Assembly (NCBI GenBank): GCA_963692915.1
Contig: OY843584.1
Location: 32,001 to 96,000, forward strand
Source: Cenarchaeum sp.
GTDB lineage: Archaea; Thermoproteota; Nitrososphaeria; Nitrososphaerales; Nitrosopumilaceae
Reading direction: 5' to 3'
DNA length: 64,000 nucleotides
The notes under the pieces were generated by a model that worked only from the letters and a program-made list of their open reading frames with translations, ran no database searches and was not told the origin of the DNA. Positions 37,629 through 47,169 of the stretch are shown here, one piece after another. Each line of letters opens with the position of its first letter. Position 1 is the first letter of the stretch. The position numbers were made by a program, and so were the translations under genes.

Positions 37629-39094
37629 GACGTGAGGTACTCGGTCACAAGGCGCACGCCAAATCCGGTTGCGCCGCCGCCATTGTACGAGCGGCGAACC
37701 GTGCCGATCTGCGTCCAGGCCGGTCCTGCTATGTCGAGGTGTGCCCATGGTGTCTTGCCTATTGCGCGGCGCAGAAACGCCGCCGCCGTTATCGTGCCGG
37801 CCGTGCGTCCAATGCCCATGTTTCTCATGTCGGCGACCTTTGAGTCTATCATGCCGATATAGTCATCGTCGATCGGAAGCCGCCACACGCGCTCGCCGGT
37901 TCTAGCCGATGCGCGCTCTAGTGAGCGCGCCAGCGTGTCACTCGTGCTGATGAGTCCGGCAGTGCTTGCGCCAAGGGCCACGATGCACGCACCTGTGAGT
38001 GTTGCCATGTCCAGTATCGCGCGCGGCCTGTATGTCTGCTCCCCGTACGCCATCGCGTCGGCCAGTATGAGGCGCCCCTCTGCATCCGTGTTTAGTATCT
38101 CGGCGGTCTTTTTGCTGTATAGCGTGACAATGTCGCCTGGCCTGTACGCCCCGCCGCCGGGCATGTTCTCCACTGCCGGAACAATCCCGATCACGTTGTC
38201 GCGAACCTTGAGCGAGGCGATCGCCCTCATTATGCCAAGGACGGCGCATCCGCCACACTTGTCAAACTTCATCTCGTCCATCCTCTCGCCGGGCTTTAGC
38301 GATATGCCGCCCGTGTCAAACGTGACTGCCTTGCCCACTATGAGAACCGGCCGGCGTGAGCGCGGCGCGCCGGTGTGCTCCATGACTATAAGGCGTGGCG
38401 TGTTTCGGCTAGCGCCGCCGACTGCGGTGATCCCGCCAAATCCGCGCCTGCGCAGCTCGGCACCTGACATTATGCGGCACTTTATGCGCGGGCCGGCGCG
38501 TCGCGCGAGCGCGGCAAGCGTTGATGGCGCACACTCGTTGGGCGGCATGTTTGCCGCATCGCGCGCAAACACGACGGCATCGGCTATTGCTGCTGCGCGC
38601 CTGACTGCAGCAGCTACTGCAGGGGCCCCGCGGTACATGATGCGAATTGTCGAGACGTGGCGCCCCTTTGGCTTGCCAAACCTCCCAAACGAGTATAGCG
38701 CAAGGCGCGCCCCCTCGGTGACGCACGCGGCCGCCTCGGCCTCGCCGCGCAGGATCCCCGAGGGCACGGCAATGGCAATGTCCCTTGCGCGAACGTCCTC
38801 GGCGGCCTGTGCGGCCGCGCCTGCCGCACTGCGAAGCGACTCGCCATCAGCATCGGCCCTCGCGCCGACTCCGGCAACGATGATGCGCGCCGCGCCTGCA
38901 AGGCCCATTGTGTCAATTATGGACGTCGCGCCTGCGGCCGCCGCACCGTCCTCGGCGGCCTTTTTGGCCGCGCGCGCAAGGCGCGCGTCAATGCCCTCTA
39001 GTGAATATACGCGAGCAGGCGACTCGGTCGCAAATACGCACAGTGCGCTCGCACGCCTCTTCGCTGCAGCGCTACGCTCTGCGACTATCTTCAT
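37622..39094 (-). CDS. pepA: Leucyl aminopeptidase (M17)
   Basis: GKAVTFDTGG, MKFDKCG, NTDAEGRL, ATLTGA and WAHLDIAG. Confidence 0.95.
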   Translation of the reverse strand: MKIVAERSAAAKRRASALCVFATESPARVYSLEGIDARLARAAKKAAEDGAAAAGATSIIDTMGLAGAARIIVAGVGARADADGESLRSAAGAAAQAAEDVRARDIAIAVPSGILRGEAEAAACVTEGARLALYSFGRFGKPKGRHVSTIRIMYRGAPAVAAAVRRAAAIADAVVFARDAANMPPNECAPSTLAALARRAGPRIKCRIMSGAELRRRGFGGITAVGGASRNTPRLIVMEHTGAPRSRRPVLIVGKAVTFDTGGISLKPGERMDEMKFDKCGGCAVLGIMRAIASLKVRDNVIGIVPAVENMPGGGAYRPGDIVTLYSKKTAEILNTDAEGRLILADAMAYGEQTYRPRAILDMATLTGACIVALGASTAGLISTSDTLARSLERASARTGERVWRLPIDDDYIGMIDSKVADMRNMGIGRTAGTITAAAFLRRAIGKTPWAHLDIAGPAWTQIGTVRRSYNGGGATGFGVRLVTEYLTSQ

Positions 39095-39507
39095 GCGTGC
39101 CCCCCGCTAGTGTCGGTATTTAGACCGTGCTGCCCAATGCGCACGACACGGCTCCTCGTGAGTGCGCTGCACGAGCGAAACACCACTGCGCGCGGCCCGC
39201 CGCACGAGTCCGAGCACGTCGCGCCTCCCATCGGCACGCGCCGACGTGCACGCCTGCCCCGCAGCATCCGCATCGCAAGGCGCGCAAGCCCTGCCCTCCC
39301 GCCATGCGCATATCCGCGATCGACGACCCAGAACATGTCGCCAGCCCCGTCGCCTATGGCATTGCGAAGCTCGGCGCCCAGGCTCGTATAGTGGCCCACG
39401 AACGAGAGGCGCCGGCGTGAGGCCGCATCGACTGCGCGCGCAAACGCCGAGCACGACGAGCACTCGTTGTCATACAGCACTATGGGCTCGATCTCCCCAA
39501 TCTCCAC
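39091..39507 (-). CDS. DUF393 / DCC1-like thiol-disulfide oxidoreductase
   Basis: VLYDNECSSC (D-x2-C-x2-C). Start uncertain. Confidence 0.7.
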   Translation of the reverse strand: MEIGEIEPIVLYDNECSSCSAFARAVDAASRRRLSFVGHYTSLGAELRNAIGDGAGDMFWVVDRGYAHGGRAGLARLAMRMLRGRRARRRVPMGGATCSDSCGGPRAVVFRSCSALTRSRVVRIGQHGLNTDTSGGHA

Positions 39508-39586
39508 GATCGGCGCGTGAATGGCTCTGCAAATTAAAATTTCCACAATACGCTTTTAAGCACACGTGCGCGGAGCCGCGTCCCAG

Positions 39587-41254
39587 TTGGCCTCAAACTA
39601 TAGCCGAGTCCGCCGATCCGTGAGGCGCGCGCGCAAGCTCGTCATAAAGGCCACGACGCTAGCCGGCTCGGGTCACCCGGGAGGCTCGCTCTCGATGGCC
39701 GAGATCGTCGGCACGCTCCTCTTTGCGCACATGCGCCACGATCCCTCAAGGCCACTCTGGGAAGATCGCGACCGCCTCGTCCTCTCAAAGGGCCATGCCG
39801 CCCCCGGCCTCTACTCATCACTCGCCGTTGCCGGCTATTTTGACGAATCCGAGATCGCCACACTTCGCCGGCTCGGAAGCCGCCTTCAGGGGCACCCTGA
39901 CCTAAAGTGCCCCGGCGTCGAGTTCTGTGGCGGCTCGCTTGGCATCGGCCTCTCGTACTCTATCGGTGCTGCGCTGGCCGCGAGGATGGACGGGCGCGAC
40001 TCGCGCGTCTATACGGTAATCGGTGACGGCGAGGCAGACGAGGGCCAGGTCTGGGAGGCGGCGATGACTGCCTCAAAGTACCGCCTCGACAACCTTGCCG
40101 TTATCATGGACCGCAACTTTGTCCAGCAGGACTCGTACACAGAACATGTCATGCCGCTCGATGGCGGGCCGGCCGGAACCGCCGTTGGCGACTCGCGCGC
40201 AGACGCGTCGCTCTGGCGGACCGGCGACAAGTGGCGCGCATTTGGATGGAACGTCATAGAGATAGACGGTCACAAGGTAGAGCAGGTCATCGACGCGCTG
40301 CACCGCGCAGGCCAGGCGCGCGACATGCCGACTGCCATAATCGCGCGCACGGTAAAGGGAAACGGCGTTGAACACATGGCAGACAACCCCGCATGGCACG
40401 GACGCGCACCAAAGCCGCAGATTGCCCCACTAGTCGATGACGAGCTCGACTCGCAGACAATGGTGGCGCCCTCAATCATTGCCGGAGACATGAAAGACCT
40501 TGCCGGTGAAGTGGCGCGCTGCGAGCGAGGCGGGGCAGACTATGTGCACCTTGATGTCATGGACGGCAAGTTTGTCCCTGCCACAACGTTTGGGGCCGAC
40601 AAGGTCGCCGAGCTGCGCCAGCTAACGCTCCTGCCATTTGATGTCCACCTTATGATAGCCGAGCCCGCAAGGCACGTCGCCTCGTATGTCGATGCGGGAG
40701 CCGACATTGTGACGGTTCACGCCGAGGTGTGCGACGAGGCGACCTTTGGCGAGATGCACGACACGCTCCGTGCTGCCGGAGTGGGCGTCGGCCTCGCGAT
40801 AAATCCGTCAACAGACTTGCCTGAATGGACCGCGCGCTTTGCGCCCACGCTAGACCAGGTTATCGTAATGTCCGTCGAGCCGGGAAAGTCTGGCCAAAAA
40901 TACATCGAGTCCACGCATGACAAGGTTTGCGCGGTTCGCGACTCGCTTGCGCGCACCGGATTTGCCGGTGACATCGAGGCTGACGGGGGGGTCAACGCGG
41001 AGAACGCGGGTGCGTGCTTTGAGGATGGCGCGCGCGTGCTAGTCGGCGGAGGCGCGATAATGGGCAAGCCTGATGCGCGCGCGGCGATCGCCGAGTTTGG
41101 AGTGGCGATCCGGCGCGCGCGGCGCTTGATGCTCATGAGGCGTGCGCACGGGGTCGGCGGGTCGGAGCTTGTCTCAGAATGGATAGCGCTCCACGAGATT
41201 GGCAATGCGCGCACAGAGCTCGAGGAGATGGCAAGGGAGGCAGGAATGACTTGA
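39587..41254 (+). CDS. Transketolase N-terminal subunit fused to ribulose-phosphate 3-epimerase
   Basis: SGHPGG, LSKGH, LQGHP and GDGE (TPP binding), followed by APSI, HLDVMDG-FVP, DVHLM, MSVEPG and ADGG (Rpe). Confidence 0.92.
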   Translation: MASNYSRVRRSVRRARKLVIKATTLAGSGHPGGSLSMAEIVGTLLFAHMRHDPSRPLWEDRDRLVLSKGHAAPGLYSSLAVAGYFDESEIATLRRLGSRLQGHPDLKCPGVEFCGGSLGIGLSYSIGAALAARMDGRDSRVYTVIGDGEADEGQVWEAAMTASKYRLDNLAVIMDRNFVQQDSYTEHVMPLDGGPAGTAVGDSRADASLWRTGDKWRAFGWNVIEIDGHKVEQVIDALHRAGQARDMPTAIIARTVKGNGVEHMADNPAWHGRAPKPQIAPLVDDELDSQTMVAPSIIAGDMKDLAGEVARCERGGADYVHLDVMDGKFVPATTFGADKVAELRQLTLLPFDVHLMIAEPARHVASYVDAGADIVTVHAEVCDEATFGEMHDTLRAAGVGVGLAINPSTDLPEWTARFAPTLDQVIVMSVEPGKSGQKYIESTHDKVCAVRDSLARTGFAGDIEADGGVNAENAGACFEDGARVLVGGGAIMGKPDARAAIAEFGVAIRRARRLMLMRRAHGVGGSELVSEWIALHEIGNARTELEEMAREAGMT

Positions 41255-42225
41255 GCGCGCCGGAGATGGGGGACATGAGGACAGCGTATGGACGCACGCT
41301 CGTAGAGCTTGGAGAAAAGAACGCAGGGATCGTCGTCCTTGGCGCAGACACGACTGACTCGCTAAAGACTGCAGCATTTGGCACAAAATATCCGGAGAGG
41401 TTTGTCAATGTCGGGATTGCTGAGGCAAACCTCGTTTCAGTCGGTGCGGGTCTTGCGGCCTCGGGCAAGACGGCGTTCGTGAGCACGTATGCGATATTTC
41501 TGCCCGGCAGGGCAGTCGACCAGATACGCAATGCAGTCGCATACCCGACTCGCGCCGAGCAGCGCGGCCTCAACGTAAAGATTGTCGTCTCCCACGGCGG
41601 ACTCTCCGTTGGAGCCGACGGCGGATCCCACCAGCAGCTCGAGGACATTGCCATCATGCGCGCAATCCCGAACATGCGCGTTCTCATACCTGCTGACGCG
41701 TCTGCCGTGCGCGCGCTGACCATGACGATGGCATCCGAGTACGGCCCGTTCTACATGCGCATGGCGCGCTCAAAGGTTCCACGGGTTCACGGGCCATCCC
41801 AGGAGTTCTCCATTGGTGGCGCAATCACGGTTCGCGAGGGCTCGGACTGCACGATCGCAGCATGCGGCATCACAGTCAGCATGGCACTCGAGGCGGCGCG
41901 CTCGCTTGCCGCCGAGGGCATCTCGGCGAGGGTCATAGACGTCTTTTCGGTAAAGCCGCTTGATGCGGCAACGCTCGAGTCCTCGGCGCGCGAGACTGGC
42001 TGCATCGTGACGTGCGAGGAGCACAACGTCATGGGCGGCATGGGCTCGGCCGTCGCCGAGGCCGTCTCGGAGCGGTATCCGGTTCCCGTTCGGCGCATCG
42101 GCGCGCAGGACTCGTTTGGCGAGTCATGCCGTGACTCCGAGATACCCGCACTCCTCGAAAAGCACGGTATCACTCCAGTTAATATAGCAGAGGCCGCGCG
42201 TGTGGCGCGGAGCCAGATGCGATGA
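41251..42225 (+). CDS. Transketolase C-terminal subunit
   Basis: NVGIAEAN, DGGSHQ-x2-ED, YMR and EEH-x3-GGMGS. Confidence 0.93.
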   Translation: MSAPEMGDMRTAYGRTLVELGEKNAGIVVLGADTTDSLKTAAFGTKYPERFVNVGIAEANLVSVGAGLAASGKTAFVSTYAIFLPGRAVDQIRNAVAYPTRAEQRGLNVKIVVSHGGLSVGADGGSHQQLEDIAIMRAIPNMRVLIPADASAVRALTMTMASEYGPFYMRMARSKVPRVHGPSQEFSIGGAITVREGSDCTIAACGITVSMALEAARSLAAEGISARVIDVFSVKPLDAATLESSARETGCIVTCEEHNVMGGMGSAVAEAVSERYPVPVRRIGAQDSFGESCRDSEIPALLEKHGITPVNIAEAARVARSQMR

Positions 42226-42887
42226 AGATCTTTCTTGACACTGCAAACATCGATGCCATACGCGAGTACAATGACATGGGTCTAGTCGATGGCATCACGA
42301 CAAACCCCACGCTCCTGGCTCGCGAGGGCGGCGACCCTGCAGCTGCAATGGCCGAGATTGCAAAGATCATCGAGGGCGATGTCAGCCTTGAAGTCGTCGC
42401 GACTGACCATGACGGAATGGTCGCCGAGGGAATGCGCCTACGTGAGTACGGCGAGAACGTCGTCGTAAAGTGCCCAATGACTCCTGACGGGCTAAAGGCG
42501 TGCAAGACGCTCGTCTCGCGTGACATACCGGTCAACATTACGCTAATCTTTTCTGCAAACCAGGCGATCCTTGCCGCAAAGGCTGGCGCAAAGTACATCA
42601 GTCCGTTCATCGGCAGGATTGATGACACGAGCCACGACGGCATGGTTCTAGTCGAGGATATCATCGAGTCGCTCTCAAACTATGACTATGAAGCCGAGGT
42701 CCTAGTCGCCAGCGTGCGCCACCCCGTGCATGTGGTTGATGCCGCAAAGCTCGGAGCCGACGTCGTGACGCTCCCGCCTGCGGTTCTTGGCAAGATGCTG
42801 CGCCACCCGCTCACCGACATTGGCCTAAAGGCGTTCCTCAAGGACTGGGAGTCGCTCAAAAAGTCCTCACCTGGCGCAAAGATCTAG
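42222..42887 (+). CDS. tal: Transaldolase / fructose-6-phosphate aldolase family
   Basis: FLDTA, GITTNP, VVVKCP, N-TLIFS, SPFIGRIDD and ASVR. Confidence 0.92.
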   Translation: MKIFLDTANIDAIREYNDMGLVDGITTNPTLLAREGGDPAAAMAEIAKIIEGDVSLEVVATDHDGMVAEGMRLREYGENVVVKCPMTPDGLKACKTLVSRDIPVNITLIFSANQAILAAKAGAKYISPFIGRIDDTSHDGMVLVEDIIESLSNYDYEAEVLVASVRHPVHVVDAAKLGADVVTLPPAVLGKMLRHPLTDIGLKAFLKDWESLKKSSPGAKI

Positions 42888-43222
42888 ACGCCGAGCGCCT
42901 CGGCCTTTGTCATCTCTAGAAAGACCTTGTCGCCAACAGAGAGGTTCATCTTTTTGTACTCGTGGATGTCAAGGCGTATCGACGTGAGGCCGGCCATGTT
43001 TCCGGCGAACATCTTGTTGATGTCCTTCATCATGTCACCCATGTTGGTAAACCCCATTACTTTTGTGCCAGGCGGCGACTGTGGCGAGCGAGCCTCTTGG
43101 AGATCCTTGGCCGAGGAGAGCGAGACTATGACATGCGGCGAGCCGTCGCCGGCTGAGTCTATGCTCTTTATGACAAACTCCTTCTTCATGGAGTGGGCGC
43201 GCTGCTCCTCATTGGGCCCCAT
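42884..43222 (-). CDS. Conserved thaumarchaeal hypothetical protein
   Basis: KKEFV...DGSP-V...EY-x4-LSVGDKV. TTTAAATTA box upstream. Confidence 0.6.
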   Translation of the reverse strand: MGPNEEQRAHSMKKEFVIKSIDSAGDGSPHVIVSLSSAKDLQEARSPQSPPGTKVMGFTNMGDMMKDINKMFAGNMAGLTSIRLDIHEYKKMNLSVGDKVFLEMTKAEALGV

Positions 43223-43497
43223 GGTCGGGGACGCGCGCGCGCGGTAATTTAAACTAGCGAGCGCGGGGCGCCTATCGGCTCGCTAGGGCAGTGCACCGTG
43301 GAGCGCGTTTGTGTATGTGGCCATGCGCCAGTCGCCCGGCCATGCGTGCTGACTGTGGCTCCGCACGGCCTCTGATCACCGTGGTCGCCATGGGGGGAGT
43401 GGGGGCATGTGGCCTGCCGCAGCCTGGCCCGTTCTGCCCGTGCGACCCCGGCGGCGCGTGCGCACACTCTTAAGTCCCATGCACGCCTGCGCGTGCC

Positions 43498-43689
43498 GTG
43501 AAGTCTGCCGAGAGCGAGTGGGTGAGCCTGCTAGCCGAGGTCTTTGAGCGGTTGAGCGCGGCCAACGCAACGATAACGTATGACTTTCATGACGTGACAT
43601 TTGAGGCCGACAGAGTTGAGGCCGGCGGCAAATCGCTACCTAGTGGCAAGGTTCGCATCAACGGCAAGATCACCATAACGTCAGGGTGA
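43498..43689 (+). CDS. Small hypothetical protein
   Basis: 63-aa ORF with W-x2-L...L-x5-ITYDF and a C-terminal INGKITIT. CTTAAG box about 28 bp upstream. Confidence 0.6.
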   Translation: MKSAESEWVSLLAEVFERLSAANATITYDFHDVTFEADRVEAGGKSLPSGKVRINGKITITSG

Positions 43690-43690
43690 C

Positions 43691-44080
43691 ATGGTGGACA
43701 CGATGCTTCCGGCAGACATTATCAGCATGCTAGAGTCTGGAACCATCACGGTCAGCGAGGCCGGCACTCGCGCCGTCGAGGTGAGCGCCAATGACCATGA
43801 AGTAAAGGTCGACATTGTGAGCCTGCCGGGGGCCGTTCCGGCCGCCTCGCGGGTTCTCACAACGCTATCCGATGCGCGTGGCCTGGCGCGCTCGCTCAAC
43901 GAGCGCGGCATCACACTTACCGTGTGCAGCTCGAGCCGCCCTGTCATAAGGCTCGGCAGGCGCGCCAAGCCGCGCATGTCACGCCTCCTGACGCGCAGCG
44001 GTGATGTCGAGGTGACTGACCTGCGCGAGCTGCGCAGGCTTGACAGGCGCCTTCGGGCTGCCGGCGAGTCGCAACATTAA
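43691..44080 (+). CDS. Hypothetical protein
   Basis: 129-aa ORF starting 1 bp after the previous stop, with a GGGTGA SD-like site. Confidence 0.6.
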   Translation: MVDTMLPADIISMLESGTITVSEAGTRAVEVSANDHEVKVDIVSLPGAVPAASRVLTTLSDARGLARSLNERGITLTVCSSSRPVIRLGRRAKPRMSRLLTRSGDVEVTDLRELRRLDRRLRAAGESQH

Positions 44081-44110
44081 ACAACACGTGCGTGCGCAGC
44101 CGCGTCGGCA

Positions 44111-44812
44111 ATGGCGCAGTTTGGCACGCGGGAGATTGATCGACTTATCGACGCAGGTGTGGGTGATGCCGACGAGCTGCGCCAGATTAGGCGCGCAATT
44201 ATGCGCGACGAGGTGGTCTCCGCCGCCGAGCACGAGTATGCTATGCGCCTCATTGCTGCCCACCTAAGACCACGAAAGGACAGGATACGCAGCAAGCCGC
44301 AAAGCCCACCACGCGTATCGCCTAGGCCGACGCCTCCAGTCAGGCCCGCAGCAGAGCCGCCGAAAAGGCGATGGCGCGTGATTCGCATTGCCGGCTCGAT
44401 TGTGGGCCGCGTGCGCCAAAGGCCGGCAAAAAAGACCGTCATTATCGCCATGATCATTGTCGCAATTGCAGTCTCTGCGGGCGCATATGGCATGTCCATT
44501 ACTGCAGGCACGGGAACGGCGCTGCAGCGTGATGGTGACGTAATGCTGTACACTGACAGGGGCGCATACGCTCAAGGCGAGGTCATCGTCGTTAGTGGAC
44601 GCGCCGAACCGGGCTCTGCAGTCTCGCTTGAGATAGGAGGTCCGGGCGGGACGCTCTGGGAAAAGACTGCAATTGCCGGATCAGACGGGTCATACTCGGC
44701 CATGACGTTTGCCGGTGGGGACAGATGGCAGGCCGGCTCGTCGCATACCGTGAGCGCAACAGGATCAGACGGCAAGCACGCCGTCGAGTTTCTCTTTGGC
44801 GCGACGCCCTAG
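44111..44812 (+). CDS. Single-pass membrane protein with C-terminal Ig-like domain
   Basis: Cytoplasmic N-terminus, Pro/Arg linker, TM segment (VIIAMIIVAIAVSAGAY) and TDRGAY-x2-GE-I-VSG beta-sandwich motif. Confidence 0.65.
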   Translation: MAQFGTREIDRLIDAGVGDADELRQIRRAIMRDEVVSAAEHEYAMRLIAAHLRPRKDRIRSKPQSPPRVSPRPTPPVRPAAEPPKRRWRVIRIAGSIVGRVRQRPAKKTVIIAMIIVAIAVSAGAYGMSITAGTGTALQRDGDVMLYTDRGAYAQGEVIVVSGRAEPGSAVSLEIGGPGGTLWEKTAIAGSDGSYSAMTFAGGDRWQAGSSHTVSATGSDGKHAVEFLFGATP

Positions 44813-45270
44813 TGGTGGCCGACTAGGCCATAGCGGTGCTCCTCCTCTAGGAGCTCCGTTACGAGCTCGGCGTTGGAGACGCGTCGCGCCGGTGCCTCAA
44901 AAAAGCCGAGCCTGCCGGCGCACGGAACTGCGACTCGAAATTTCTTGGCACCGCGCAGCTCAAAGCCGTATATGGGCCTGCGCGAGCTGAGCATTGCGCG
45001 CGTGGCGCAATGACGAGCCGAGTCTGCCATTGCGGCGGCAATCGACGGGTACCTTGTGACTCCGTGCAGCACTGCACTGCCAATGATCGCGCCGGTCACG
45101 AGCGTCGGGCGCGGGATCCCTAGGCGCGCACAGTCATCGATCCTGGTGCGGCGTGGCGCATGGACTAGAAACTCGCCACGAAACTTTGTGTTCCACGAGC
45201 GCAGCTCGATCGTCTTTGTGCCCGAGACGACAAGCTCGGCGTACGGCTGTGATATCGAGAGGCACTTCAT
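44809..45270 (-). CDS. ASCH domain protein
   Basis: LSISQPYAELVVSG-KTIELRSW, GAIIG and GRLGFF. Confidence 0.9.
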   Translation of the reverse strand: MKCLSISQPYAELVVSGTKTIELRSWNTKFRGEFLVHAPRRTRIDDCARLGIPRPTLVTGAIIGSAVLHGVTRYPSIAAAMADSARHCATRAMLSSRRPIYGFELRGAKKFRVAVPCAGRLGFFEAPARRVSNAELVTELLEEEHRYGLVGHH

Positions 45271-45352
45271 GCGCGCACGCACACAGCCCACCCATGTTTT
45301 AGTCGTTTGCGCCGACGCTAAGGTACGGCCTTGCCGCGACCCCGCCGAACCG

Positions 45353-46003
45353 CTATTTTGGAGTCCCGAGCTTTAGGTCGACGTTTGGCGCGTCGGCGGC
45401 TCCGGGAATCGTGATTAGCCCGCCGCCGCGTAGCTGCTCGATGAGCTGCATGACCTCCTTTTCGACCTGGCCGCGCTCATATCCGGTGCTCTTTGCAAAG
45501 AGCCCAACTAGCTCGGTTATCTTGCGTTGCCCGTTGCACGACTTCCAAAAGTCGACTATTGCCTGGTTTACCATGAATGCCTGCTCGTGCTCGTTGATCA
45601 GCGCAAGTGCGCCGTCCTCCTGCTGCGAGAGCTTGCCCGTGCCCTGCGGCATTGCGCGCTCGTAGTCTATTGGTGCCGGAGTGGAGCCGCCAGCACCCAT
45701 GCCTTTTAGCGACTCCCTTGCCTCCTTGGACATGCGATCCATGGTCCACGCCGGCTCCCAGACGACGTCGACCTTTACGTCGTTGACGCCGGGCACCTTT
45801 TTGATGTACCGTGTCGTGTCCTGCACGAGCGTGTCGTGCAGGGGACAGCCGCGCGTCGTCATTGTCATCTTTACGTTGACATTGTCGGCGTTATCGACGT
45901 CGATGCCGTATATGAGGCCCATGTCGACTATGTTTATCGGTATCTCGGGATCCATGCACTGCCGAAGCGAGTCCTCGACGGCCTTTGCGCTGACTGTGCC
46001 CAT
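45353..46003 (-). CDS. DUF59 (SufT/MIP18) Fe-S assembly domain fused to a PqqD-like domain
   Basis: DPEIP-NIVDMGL, MTT-GCP and WEPAWT. C-terminal VNQ-x4-FWKSCNG-x5-EL...V-x2-LI-x2-L-x3-GLI. Confidence 0.85.
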   Translation of the reverse strand: MGTVSAKAVEDSLRQCMDPEIPINIVDMGLIYGIDVDNADNVNVKMTMTTRGCPLHDTLVQDTTRYIKKVPGVNDVKVDVVWEPAWTMDRMSKEARESLKGMGAGGSTPAPIDYERAMPQGTGKLSQQEDGALALINEHEQAFMVNQAIVDFWKSCNGQRKITELVGLFAKSTGYERGQVEKEVMQLIEQLRGGGLITIPGAADAPNVDLKLGTPK

Positions 46004-46042
46004 GGTGGCCTGCGCGCCAAAAATGGCTTAAAAACTCTTTTG

Positions 46043-47089
46043 CTATTTAGCTTCGAATAACGCCGCTATCGAGGCCTCTAGGGGGGCCACAGCCACACCG
46101 CGCTCTGTGATGATGCCCGTGATGAGGCCGGGGGGCGTCATGTCAAATGCGGGGTTTATCACGCCGACTCCCTCTGGTGCCGTGCGCCTGCCGCCTATGC
46201 CGGTGACCTCCTCGGCGCCGCGCTGCTCTATGGCAATGTCCTCGGGCGCGGACTCCATGTCAAACGTCGATATCGGCGCCGCAACATAGAACGGCACGCC
46301 GTGCGCGTGGGCCATCGTGGCGACCTGGTACGTGCCGATCTTGTTGAACACGTGGCCAGTTCGAAGAACCCTGTCGGCCCCGACTATGACCTTGTTGACC
46401 ATGTTGTGCGCCATCGCATAGCCGACTGCCGTGTCAGGTATCAGGCTGACGTCAATCCCGTCATGGCGGAGCTCAAAGGCCGTGAGGCGCGAGCCCTGCT
46501 GAACGGGCCGCGTCTCAGTCGCTATTACGCTGACGCCCTTGCCGCCATCGCGCGCGGCGCGAATGGTTCCAAGGGCTGTCCCGTACGCGACGGTGGCTAG
46601 CGCACCTGCATTGCAGTGAGTCATTACCGTGTCGCCATCGTCAATCAGGGCCGCGCCATGCCTGCCCATCTTGATGTTTGTGCTAATGTCATCGCGAGCC
46701 ATTGTGACTGCGGCCTCCTCGACTGCCCGCCGGATCGACTCTGCGTCCTCGCCGCCCTGTCGTGCTGCCTCCATTGCGCGATCAAGCGCCCAGCGCAGGT
46801 TTACTGCAGTGGGGCGTGTTGAGACGAGCGTCTCGTGCGCGCGCAAGAGATCCTCGAGCATCGCTTCGCGTGAGTCCGCCTTGGACTGTTGTGCGGCCAG
46901 GGCCATGCCAAACGCGCCGGCCACGCCGATCGCCGGCGCACCACGGACCACGAGCGTCCTTATCGCTTCGGCTACTGCCTCGTGCGTATCTAGCTCTACG
47001 TGCTCTAGGCGGCCGGGCAGCAGCGTCTGGTCGATCATGACTAGCCTGCCGTCTCTCCACTCCACGGTCTTGAGCCCCACGTTGCCCAT
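46043..47089 (-). CDS. mtnA: S-methyl-5-thioribose-1-phosphate isomerase
   Basis: DQTLLP, VRGAPAIG, RPTAVNL, THCNAG-LAT, ETRP-x2-QG and NKIGTY. Confidence 0.93.
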   Translation of the reverse strand: MGNVGLKTVEWRDGRLVMIDQTLLPGRLEHVELDTHEAVAEAIRTLVVRGAPAIGVAGAFGMALAAQQSKADSREAMLEDLLRAHETLVSTRPTAVNLRWALDRAMEAARQGGEDAESIRRAVEEAAVTMARDDISTNIKMGRHGAALIDDGDTVMTHCNAGALATVAYGTALGTIRAARDGGKGVSVIATETRPVQQGSRLTAFELRHDGIDVSLIPDTAVGYAMAHNMVNKVIVGADRVLRTGHVFNKIGTYQVATMAHAHGVPFYVAAPISTFDMESAPEDIAIEQRGAEEVTGIGGRRTAPEGVGVINPAFDMTPPGLITGIITERGVAVAPLEASIAALFEAK

Positions 47090-47169
47090 GCGTGGCGAGG
47101 GTCATCCCGCATTGCTTTAAATGAATCCCGCCGACGCGCGCGCGCCATGTGCGGCGTTGTGATATGCCC

